A DNA stretch of 64,000 bases from a virus: the IMG/VR virus record IMGVR_UViG_3300033143_004581, positions 3,131 through 67,130 of that record; one strand, 5' to 3'. The notes below the pieces were generated by a model that saw only the letters and a list, made by a program, of their open reading frames with translations, was not told the origin of the DNA and ran no database searches. Shown here in pieces: positions 18,454 through 26,580 of the stretch (positions are counted from its first letter, which is position 1; each line of letters opens with the position of its first letter). The translations under genes and the position numbers were made by a program.

Positions 18454-18768
18454 ATGGGAATAAGAGAATATCTTCTTACAGAAGAAAGACTTAATAAAAA
18501 AGATAGAGAATTTCTTTTTAATATTATAAACAAAGGACTCAAAAATAACAAAATTACTTATACTTTAAAATCATTTGAAAGAACTTATTCAGATGATGAA
18601 AGAGAAATTGAAATTAGAAAAATTGGTGGTATGCCTGTTTTTGAATACAATGCTGATCATTTTGAATTGACAAATACATTAGTTGATATTTGTGATTTAT
18701 TAGGAATAGAGTTTAAAATAGATACTGAAAGAAATACAAACACAACATATTTTAAAATAATTAAGTGA
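18454..18768 (+). CDS. Hypothetical protein
   Basis: N-terminus MGIREYLLTEE; AGGAG RBS. Confidence 0.6.
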   Translation: MGIREYLLTEERLNKKDREFLFNIINKGLKNNKITYTLKSFERTYSDDEREIEIRKIGGMPVFEYNADHFELTNTLVDICDLLGIEFKIDTERNTNTTYFKIIK

Positions 18769-18778
18769 AAGGTATATA

Positions 18779-19051
18779 ATGAAAAAACTTAGATTTTTAT
18801 TAGACGAATCAGCTAATAAATTTAAGCCTGGTGATTGGATAAATGGTATAAATGAAGAAGGCAATGAATATAATGGAATATTCATTGCCTCTATCAACAA
18901 AAACACTGATATTATTGCTTCTTGGGACAAAGTTGGTAAAATAAGAAGAAAATCTTATATTAATATATTAGATGGTAAATTAATTGAAAAACCAAAAGAC
19001 GCACCAAAAGATCTTAAAAAATTTGCTAAAAACCACAATCTATGGATTTAA
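18779..19051 (+). CDS. Hypothetical protein (possible SH3/KOW-like, FKPGDWI)
   Basis: N-terminus MKKLRFLLDE. Confidence 0.55.
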   Translation: MKKLRFLLDESANKFKPGDWINGINEEGNEYNGIFIASINKNTDIIASWDKVGKIRRKSYINILDGKLIEKPKDAPKDLKKFAKNHNLWI

Positions 19052-20482
19052 TATATCTTTTATATTAAATTTATCACCTTCTCTATATTCAAATTCTTTA
19101 ACATCAAATCCTTCCTTAACGTAAAAATCATATCTTTTATTTCCATGAGATTTTAAATACTTTACATGATCATGAATATCAAAAACAATAGAACCATTCT
19201 TTTTATTTGAATGTTTTCTTAATGTTCTTCCTATTGATTGAATAACTCTTATTTTTGATTTAAATGGTGATGCTAAAACCATATACTTTAAGTTTGGTAT
19301 ATTTATTCCAGTAGAAAAAATACCATAAGTAGCTATAATTATTATATTATTTTGTTTTAAACATTTTTTTCTCCATTCTTCTCTTAATTCAACTTTATCC
19401 CTACCAGATAAAAATATTATTTCTTTGTTCTTTATATCACTTAAATAATGTTTTAAAACATCACCTTCTTTTTCTACTTTACCAACAAGATATAATATGT
19501 TATGATCAACATTAATAGCAATTTGTTTAAGAAAATTCATTCTATATTCATTGTTGAATATAATATCTTTTACTTCATTATAATCAAAATCTTTGAAATT
19601 CTTACCAATATATTTCAAATTTATCATTTTTAAATTACATTTACTTATATATCCCTCATCTGATAAAAAACCAGATCTATATTCTCTTAAAATCGGACCC
19701 AAATATGACTTAACTGACCAGTTATCAAGATCGTTATTATGCATAGTTCCGGTAAAACCGAGACGATATATTGAGTTTTTTGATTTAAATAATATTTTCT
19801 TTAATTCATGGGCTTTTGATTGATGAACTTCATCAATTATAATACATTCATATTCCATTAATTTGTTATGATTACTTTTCAATGTTTGCCACGTTGATAT
19901 GGTTATTTTTTTATCCCATTCTTTACTATTAGAATGTACTCTACCTATAATATTACTTTCTATACCATAATTAATCATATCACTATAAAACTGCTCAACA
20001 AGACTTATTGTAGGAACAACTATTATAAATTTTTTTAAATCATTTTTTAATAATACTTTTATTATATATGATATGATTAGACTTTTCCCACTCGCGGTCG
20101 CTGAAACAATAATACCTTTAGTGTATCTTAAACATTTTTCTATACAATCTTTTTGATATGGGTATGGTTTTAACTCTAAATCTTCTATTAATTTATATTT
20201 TTTTCCTTTAAATAATTGTTTTATTTCATCATCGACTTTTAATTTAATATCAGAAAAATATTTTTTATGAACTTTTATATAATCAAATAATAAACCATAA
20301 GGAAAAATACCGGTATCTGATATTAATGATGTTTTTCCGTTCCATATTCCAGCTCTATAATTCGGCATAAATTGATAATTTGGTACATATCTTGTAAATT
20401 CATCTTTCATGAACTGAAAATATTTGATATCATCAGATAATATTTGTATTTGCATTGTGTCTATTTGTTTTAATCTAACCAT
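19040..20482 (-). CDS. uvsW: UvsW-like SF2 DNA helicase
   Basis: YQFMPNYRAGIWNGK, SATASGKS, IIDEVH, GFTGT, STGINIPNL, QSIGRTLR. Confidence 0.93.
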   Translation of the reverse strand: MVRLKQIDTMQIQILSDDIKYFQFMKDEFTRYVPNYQFMPNYRAGIWNGKTSLISDTGIFPYGLLFDYIKVHKKYFSDIKLKVDDEIKQLFKGKKYKLIEDLELKPYPYQKDCIEKCLRYTKGIIVSATASGKSLIISYIIKVLLKNDLKKFIIVVPTISLVEQFYSDMINYGIESNIIGRVHSNSKEWDKKITISTWQTLKSNHNKLMEYECIIIDEVHQSKAHELKKILFKSKNSIYRLGFTGTMHNNDLDNWSVKSYLGPILREYRSGFLSDEGYISKCNLKMINLKYIGKNFKDFDYNEVKDIIFNNEYRMNFLKQIAINVDHNILYLVGKVEKEGDVLKHYLSDIKNKEIIFLSGRDKVELREEWRKKCLKQNNIIIIATYGIFSTGINIPNLKYMVLASPFKSKIRVIQSIGRTLRKHSNKKNGSIVFDIHDHVKYLKSHGNKRYDFYVKEGFDVKEFEYREGDKFNIKDILNP

Positions 20483-20913
20483 TATAACATCCCACTCATA
20501 TTTTTAGAATATGAAGACATGCACCATTGTCTTTTTTCAAAAGCACTTGCACAAATTTTAAAAAAATCAACTCTTATCTTTTGTTTTCTTAATATTTCTT
20601 TCATTTTTACTACTTTTGGATCACCAGGTAAATAATATTTTTCTATTTCGGTTTTTTGAAGCTGCTCGCTTATTTCAAACCTATAATAATTATATCTTTC
20701 TCTTAGTAATTTATTATATTTATCTTCTAAATCATCATAAATAGCTTGTTCTTTCATTTCAAGCTCTTTATAATGATACATCATAAATGTATTTTTTTGA
20801 AGCTCTTCTTGGATATTAAGATTGTCAAATTTTATTTGTTCTTCTATTGGATGTTCTTTTTTAAGTTCTTCTATAATTTTGTCTTTATCTATCATATACA
20901 ATAAATACTCCAT
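20482..20913 (-). CDS. uvsY: UvsY-like recombination mediator
   Basis: Helical 143 aa, RYNYYRF...LQKTEIEKYYLPGD pattern; coupled to uvsW. Confidence 0.7.
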   Translation of the reverse strand: MEYLLYMIDKDKIIEELKKEHPIEEQIKFDNLNIQEELQKNTFMMYHYKELEMKEQAIYDDLEDKYNKLLRERYNYYRFEISEQLQKTEIEKYYLPGDPKVVKMKEILRKQKIRVDFFKICASAFEKRQWCMSSYSKNMSGML

Positions 20914-20931
20914 TTTTAAATTTCTATACTT

Positions 20932-21001
20932 TATTTATAATAAAATATATATAATATAAAGTAAACAATATATTTACTCTATGGTTTTTTTATAGTATAA
21001 T
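20932..21001. promoter_or_regulatory. Divergent promoter region
   Basis: + strand TTTACT(20973)-17-TATAAT; - strand TTTACT(20965)-17-TATTAT and late box TATAAATA (20932-39). Confidence 0.55.
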
Positions 21002-21029
21002 ATCAATATTCTTAATAAAGGAGTTTATC

Positions 21030-21404
21030 ATGAAAATATTTGAAGCAAATATTGTTGCCAGACAAAAAACAAAATGGATAATGGGAAAGATTGATGATTA
21101 TAATTTCATCGAAGAAAAAAGAATTAAAAAACTATCTGATATCAATGATTATAAAAAATATATTAACATAAATGTTTTTTTCAAAAAAATGGGACTTAAT
21201 GAAAAATATTTGAAAAAAGCTTTAGAAAAAAATAAATTTGATTCTGTTTATGTTTTACCATCATCAGTAATAGTTTCACCAAAAACACATAATGAATATT
21301 TTTGGAAAAAAATAAATAAAAAATGTCTTACATGTTCAAAAAAATGTAAACAATCTTCAAAAATTCAAATAATTAGGTGCCCATTTTATGAAAAAAACGT
21401 ATAA
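21030..21404 (+). CDS. Hypothetical protein with C-terminal Cys cluster
   Basis: CLTCSKKCKQSSKIQIIRCPFY. Confidence 0.6.
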   Translation: MKIFEANIVARQKTKWIMGKIDDYNFIEEKRIKKLSDINDYKKYININVFFKKMGLNEKYLKKALEKNKFDSVYVLPSSVIVSPKTHNEYFWKKINKKCLTCSKKCKQSSKIQIIRCPFYEKNV

Positions 21405-23190
21405 AACTGATCCAGAAATATTAGAAAGAATTATAATAAAAAGTTTATTTATTGATGAAAAATATGCTGTTATTGTATCTTCTGTTTTCGAAGAAGATTA
21501 TTTCACAAAACCAGAAACATCTAAAATATTTGGATGTGTGAAAGATTATTTCACAAAATATAATAAAATACCAGATAGACAAATAATATATTCTATTGTT
21601 GATGATAAAGAAAAAATAGAAGAAGAATTTAAAGAAATAGATGCGATTGATTTCAATCTTACAAAAAATTATGATTTTTTATTAGATGAAACAAACTCCT
21701 ATCTCAAAGAACAAGCGATAAAAAAGGCTATATTAAGATCTGTAGATGTTATTGATAAAAAAGAAGATATTTCTTTAATTAGAGAAGAAATTGAAAATGC
21801 TATATGTAAAGATATTAACATAGATTTAGGACTATGTTATTTTAGAGATATAAGTAAACGATTGAAAGAAATTTTTTCAGCATCAGAAATAAGAGTACCA
21901 ACATATTTTCCACAATTTGATGAATATATTTCTGGCGGATTTCCACCATTTACTTTGTCTGTAATAGTTGCAAGAATTCACGGAATGAAATCGAATACGT
22001 TAGCCAATTTTGCATCAAGACAGGTTATTAATGGTCATAATGTTGGTTTAATTTCACTTGAAATGAGTGAAATGGCTTTTTCTCAAAGATTTGATAGTAT
22101 TTTTTCTTTACTTGATATTAATAGAATGTATTCATCAAGTAATAGAAAAAAATTGATAGAAAAATTAAAAAAATTAAAGGAAAATGAAAAGCGTGGTGAA
22201 CTTTTCATTAAACAATTCCCAACAGGTGATGCTAGCGTTGATGATATTAAAAGATATATGAGAGAATTGTTGATAAGAAAAACACCACTTGATATTCTAT
22301 ATGTTGATTATATCAACTTAATGAAACCATCCAGTGGTAGAGATGATGGTTTATATATGAAGGTAAAGAGAATCGCGGAACAATTAAGAGCTCTTTCATT
22401 TGAATTTAAAATTCCTATTGTATCGGTATCACAATTAAACAGAGAAGGTTCTTTTGTTGGATTTGAAGATGTTGATTTTAATTATATTGGTGAATGTTTA
22501 GATCCAAATACTTTAGTAAATCATAAAAAATATGGTAAAATTAAAATGATGGATCTTAAAATTAATGATGAAATAGAGGGTAAAAATGGATATGTTAATG
22601 TTAAGAATATATCAAAAAAGAAAAAAAGGAAATTTATTATCAAAACAAAAAGTGGAAAAGAAATAATTTGTAGTGAAGAACATAAATTTCCTACAAAAAA
22701 TGGATTAAAAAGTATTAAAAATGGATTAAAAAAAGGAGATATTTTATATAAAAAAGATATAATTACAAAAATGTATCAATTTTATAAAGGAAAATATATG
22801 ATAATAGAAGATGAAATTATAGAAATAATAGAAACAAACGAATATATTGATATGATTGATATAGAAGTATCTGATGATAATTTATTTTTTGCTAATGATA
22901 TATTAACACATAACAGTTTAGGAATTCCAGCTACCGCAGACTTTATGGCAATTTATGGAACAGATGATAATAAAATGGTTTATGAAAATGAATTACTTTA
23001 TAAAATTGTTAAAAATCGCTTAGGTGGACAAGTAGGTAAAATTGATAGTATTTATTATGATTCAAGAACATTGAAAATGTATGATGTAACAGAAGAAGAA
23101 TTATGGATGAAAGATGCTGAAACAACATCTGATTCAAGAGAACCATACACTAGAAGAAGCCAGCCAGAGGGAAATAGTAGAAGAAGATGA
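21388..23190 (+). CDS. gp41: Replicative DnaB-family helicase (T4 gp41-like) with a mini-intein
   Basis: ISLEMSE, IKQFPTG, VDYINLM, SVSQLNREG, GIPATADF, KNRLGG. Confidence 0.92.
   Translation: MKKTYKTDPEILERIIIKSLFIDEKYAVIVSSVFEEDYFTKPETSKIFGCVKDYFTKYNKIPDRQIIYSIVDDKEKIEEEFKEIDAIDFNLTKNYDFLLDETNSYLKEQAIKKAILRSVDVIDKKEDISLIREEIENAICKDINIDLGLCYFRDISKRLKEIFSASEIRVPTYFPQFDEYISGGFPPFTLSVIVARIHGMKSNTLANFASRQVINGHNVGLISLEMSEMAFSQRFDSIFSLLDINRMYSSSNRKKLIEKLKKLKENEKRGELFIKQFPTGDASVDDIKRYMRELLIRKTPLDILYVDYINLMKPSSGRDDGLYMKVKRIAEQLRALSFEFKIPIVSVSQLNREGSFVGFEDVDFNYIGECLDPNTLVNHKKYGKIKMMDLKINDEIEGKNGYVNVKNISKKKKRKFIIKTKSGKEIICSEEHKFPTKNGLKSIKNGLKKGDILYKKDIITKMYQFYKGKYMIIEDEIIEIIETNEYIDMIDIEVSDDNLFFANDILTHNSLGIPATADFMAIYGTDDNKMVYENELLYKIVKNRLGGQVGKIDSIYYDSRTLKMYDVTEEELWMKDAETTSDSREPYTRRSQPEGNSRRR
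22495..22914 (+). mobile_element. Mini-intein (140 aa) in the helicase
   Basis: IGE|CLDPNT...CSEEHKF...MIDIEV...FFANDILTHN|SLG; no endonuclease domain. Confidence 0.92.
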
Positions 23191-23756
23191 TAACAAAAAA
23201 ACAACATAAAATGTTAAAATTATTAGATAAAAACATTTTAAAATGTGAAAAATGTAATTTATATAAAAATGGTAGATGTAAACCATATTATGATCCAAAT
23301 AATGTAAAATATGTTATTATAGGTGAAGCACCAGGAAAGAATGAAATTGAAAATGGTATACCATTTATAGGAAATGATGGTATTATATTATGGAAATCAA
23401 TGAAAAAATTTGGTTTTGAAAGAAAAGATTTTTTGATAATAAATTCAACAAATTGTAGACCAGTAAATGGTACAAGAAACGGAAAACCAATTAAAAATCA
23501 AAAAGAATCATGTTTTGAATGGGTTAGAAAATATATTAAAGTATTAGATCCAGATAATTGCATGATCCTTGGTTCCCATGCTTTAAGTATTTTTTCTAAA
23601 GATTTGAGTATAACACAATATTGTGGTGAAACATTTATATTTGATGGTTTTAGTTCAAAATTTACAGTTAATATTCATCCAGCATATTGTTTATACAATC
23701 CATCTAAAATAGAAATTTTTGAAAATAGTATAAAAATGTTTAAGGAGGCATTATGA
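23187..23756 (+). CDS. Uracil-DNA glycosylase family 4
   Basis: CEKCNL, IIGEAPGKNE, PFIG, NCRP, IHPAY. Confidence 0.88.
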   Translation: MITKKQHKMLKLLDKNILKCEKCNLYKNGRCKPYYDPNNVKYVIIGEAPGKNEIENGIPFIGNDGIILWKSMKKFGFERKDFLIINSTNCRPVNGTRNGKPIKNQKESCFEWVRKYIKVLDPDNCMILGSHALSIFSKDLSITQYCGETFIFDGFSSKFTVNIHPAYCLYNPSKIEIFENSIKMFKEAL

Positions 23757-24193
23757 CAATTGTTGATGTTAAATTTGTTAAACTTTGTGAAGAAGCAAAA
23801 ATACCAACATACGCGACTGATGGGTCCGTTGGAATGGATTTTTATGCTCTTACTCACGCAGTTATTTTTCCGAATTCTACATTTTTAATGAGAACAGGAA
23901 TTAAAATGCAGTTACCAAAAAATACAGAAATGGTTATAAGACAAAGAAGTGGTATTAGTTTGAAGTTTCCAAATTATATAGCAATAAGTGTTGGAACAAT
24001 AGATAATGATTATACAGGAGAAATAAAAATACCATTAGTAAATCACAGAAAAGATACTAAGATGATAGTAAATCCTGGTGATAAAATAGCACAAGGTATT
24101 ATACATCCAATATATAAAGCAAATCTAATACAAGTTGAAAAACTCGAAGAAACAATTAGAGGCGAAGGTGGTTTCGGACACACTGGAAATTAA
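23753..24193 (+). CDS. dut: Trimeric dUTPase
   Basis: GSVGMDF, RSGIS, GTIDNDYTGEI, GDKIAQ, RGEGGFGHTG. Confidence 0.95.
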   Translation: MTIVDVKFVKLCEEAKIPTYATDGSVGMDFYALTHAVIFPNSTFLMRTGIKMQLPKNTEMVIRQRSGISLKFPNYIAISVGTIDNDYTGEIKIPLVNHRKDTKMIVNPGDKIAQGIIHPIYKANLIQVEKLEETIRGEGGFGHTGN

Positions 24194-24203
24194 AGGAGAA
24201 AAA

Positions 24204-24737
24204 ATGTTAGCTAAAAAAACTTCAAAGAGAATGAGATTTTTGGAAAATGTGATAAATGCCATGATTCATGAAGAAATTTATGGAACAATAGATTATAGAA
24301 AGAAAAATGAAAGTGAAATAAAGCAGTTTATTTATCCGAAAATGATAGATAAAATTTCAGAATATTATACAAAAGAAAATAATTTAAGTGAAGAAAAAGC
24401 TAGATTAAAAGCTCGTAAAAATCTTTTGTGGGAAGGTAATGTAAAAACAACAGTTAATAATTTTACTTTATTCGGTGTTCAACATAGACCGGATATGGTT
24501 ATTTCTGATAGTAATATGAATATTGCTATAGAAATTAAAAAAGGTGATGATGGTTCTTCCATAAGATCAGGAATAGGACAATCAATTGTTTATTCACAGG
24601 TTTTTGATTTTACAATATTCTTATTTATAGATACAACAAAAACAAATGACATACTTAATTCAGTAACAAGTGGAAAAGAAAAAAACATTATTTGTAATTT
24701 GTGGGATAATTATAACATTTTTTTCACAATCATTTAG
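24204..24737 (+). CDS. PD-(D/E)xK restriction-endonuclease-like protein
   Basis: HRPDMVI...IAIEIKK...GIGQSIVY; AAGGAG before ATG 24204. Confidence 0.6.
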   Translation: MLAKKTSKRMRFLENVINAMIHEEIYGTIDYRKKNESEIKQFIYPKMIDKISEYYTKENNLSEEKARLKARKNLLWEGNVKTTVNNFTLFGVQHRPDMVISDSNMNIAIEIKKGDDGSSIRSGIGQSIVYSQVFDFTIFLFIDTTKTNDILNSVTSGKEKNIICNLWDNYNIFFTII

Positions 24738-25338
24738 ATGATAATTCATCATATATTTCATAGTTTTCTGATGTTGTATTTAATACATAATAATAATCAC
24801 ATTTAAAAATGACTTCATTTTTATATTTTGTAGATAAATTTAAACCTTTATTGTAATGATATTTTTTAATAATATCTTCTATAATATCGGCTCTTTTTTC
24901 AAACGTATTTTTTATAAGTTTTTCACTTGATATTTTTCTTTCAGAAACAGCTTTTATATTTAATAATTCGGTATATAAATCTTTTACTTCTCTTGACCAT
25001 ATATATTGAAAATCACCAACTGGAACAAATATATATATATCACCGTAATCTTCTAAATCATCTGAATCCGGTGATGTGAAAATACCTTCGCTTCTTACGT
25101 ACCATCCGAAATATTTTTTAAACATTTCATCAATTCTTTTATGAACATAAAAAGGGGTGTCTCTTGGTTTTCTATCCTTTCTTGATTTTATTTTTTTAAA
25201 ATCAGTTGATAAACCATCAATACCCCTATAAAAATAAGATTTTTTCTTTATAACCTTGAAAAATTTAGAACATTCTTTTTCTAATATTTGTTTTTTTCTT
25301 TCTTTATTCTCTCTTGTCAAATATTTATAATAATTCAT
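24730..25338 (-). CDS. Hypothetical protein, possible ADP-ribosyltransferase fold
   Basis: FYRG...GIFTS...KNEVIF (R-S-E pattern); distant paralog of 34849-35634. Confidence 0.45.
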   Translation of the reverse strand: MNYYKYLTRENKERKKQILEKECSKFFKVIKKKSYFYRGIDGLSTDFKKIKSRKDRKPRDTPFYVHKRIDEMFKKYFGWYVRSEGIFTSPDSDDLEDYGDIYIFVPVGDFQYIWSREVKDLYTELLNIKAVSERKISSEKLIKNTFEKRADIIEDIIKKYHYNKGLNLSTKYKNEVIFKCDYYYVLNTTSENYEIYDELSSK

Positions 25339-25349
25339 TTTATCCTTTA

Positions 25350-26567
25350 TTATCCTTTAGAAATTGTTGATATTATTCTATTTACTTCTTTAATTTCTCT
25401 TGCTTTCTTTTCATATTGACTCATTTTTATTTTTGATTGTCTTATTAAACCAAGGGTTTCTCTACCCTTTTCATATTTTCTTATTTGTCCTTTAAGTATT
25501 CTCCAAGCATCATATATAGCGCCTTCTCTTTCATTATTAGAATAAACTCTATTTATAGGCTCCTCTTGAAAATAAACATTAACTCTACTTTCATTACCAA
25601 TTGTTGATGAATACAATGGTTCAATTTCCACAAGAGTAAGTGTTAAATCACATTTCAAAGGATATCCTCTTATATAAGGCCCTGTCCATGTTGGTTGAAC
25701 TGATTTTAAAGCACACCAATTACTATAAATTAGATTATTATTATTAGCATAGTTATCATATGTTTTAAATTTGAATACATATGGTGCTTCTATATAAACA
25801 GAACCTTCATGTTTTTGTGGACATGATAATTTCATCAACCAAAAAACAGGCAATGCTATTTCTTTTACTGGATTTTTAAAAGCAGCTAAATGAACAGTAA
25901 AATTCCATTCTCGTCTTTGAGATCCAGAATATACAAGAGGGCTATCGATTCTTGTTTGTGGGATACCAGTTTCTGGACTAACATTTTTTAAATAATTTGT
26001 CAATGTTGATGTATCGCTTTCTTCCCAGGACTGAACACCTTTATCTACAAGTTGTTGTATATTAGTACCTATTCCTCTTAAATCAGCTTTTAATTTTGTT
26101 CCTGTTTGTAATAAACCACCTAATCTATTAACCCATGATTCATATTCAGTCCAATCATGAGAAACTGTTTCCATCATTTCTTCTGGTGCTATAAAACTAA
26201 AATCATAAACAGGTTGTGTGTCATCTACTTGTATTCTACCACCTTTTACCGTTGATGTTTGACTTTTTAATTTTTTTCCTAGCAAATGTATCCATGTTAA
26301 ATTATTAAAATTAGAATAAAAACCACCAACAGGATTTTTATATACTATAGTACCATGATTTTCAACATCAGTTGAAAGAGTTTTACCTAATTCTACAGCA
26401 TCATCATCTGCTAAGCCAAACCCAACTAGATATTTTTTGGCTTCATTTTGAAGAATATCAGATATACTTGTTTGGAAATCATCAGTATTAACTCTTAAAA
26501 TATTTTTTCCTGTTGATCTTATATCTTCTATTGTGTTTCTGGTTTTATCTAATATCTGAAAAGCCAT
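25350..26567 (-). CDS. Baseplate/tail-tube cap protein (gp48-like)
   Basis: RREWNFTVHL, EAPYVFKF, CALKSVQPTW, GYPLKCDLTLTLVEIEPL tube-fold motifs; follows the tape-measure-like gene. Confidence 0.6.
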   Translation of the reverse strand: MAFQILDKTRNTIEDIRSTGKNILRVNTDDFQTSISDILQNEAKKYLVGFGLADDDAVELGKTLSTDVENHGTIVYKNPVGGFYSNFNNLTWIHLLGKKLKSQTSTVKGGRIQVDDTQPVYDFSFIAPEEMMETVSHDWTEYESWVNRLGGLLQTGTKLKADLRGIGTNIQQLVDKGVQSWEESDTSTLTNYLKNVSPETGIPQTRIDSPLVYSGSQRREWNFTVHLAAFKNPVKEIALPVFWLMKLSCPQKHEGSVYIEAPYVFKFKTYDNYANNNNLIYSNWCALKSVQPTWTGPYIRGYPLKCDLTLTLVEIEPLYSSTIGNESRVNVYFQEEPINRVYSNNEREGAIYDAWRILKGQIRKYEKGRETLGLIRQSKIKMSQYEKKAREIKEVNRIISTISKG

Positions 26568-26580
26568 TTTTTATAATCCT

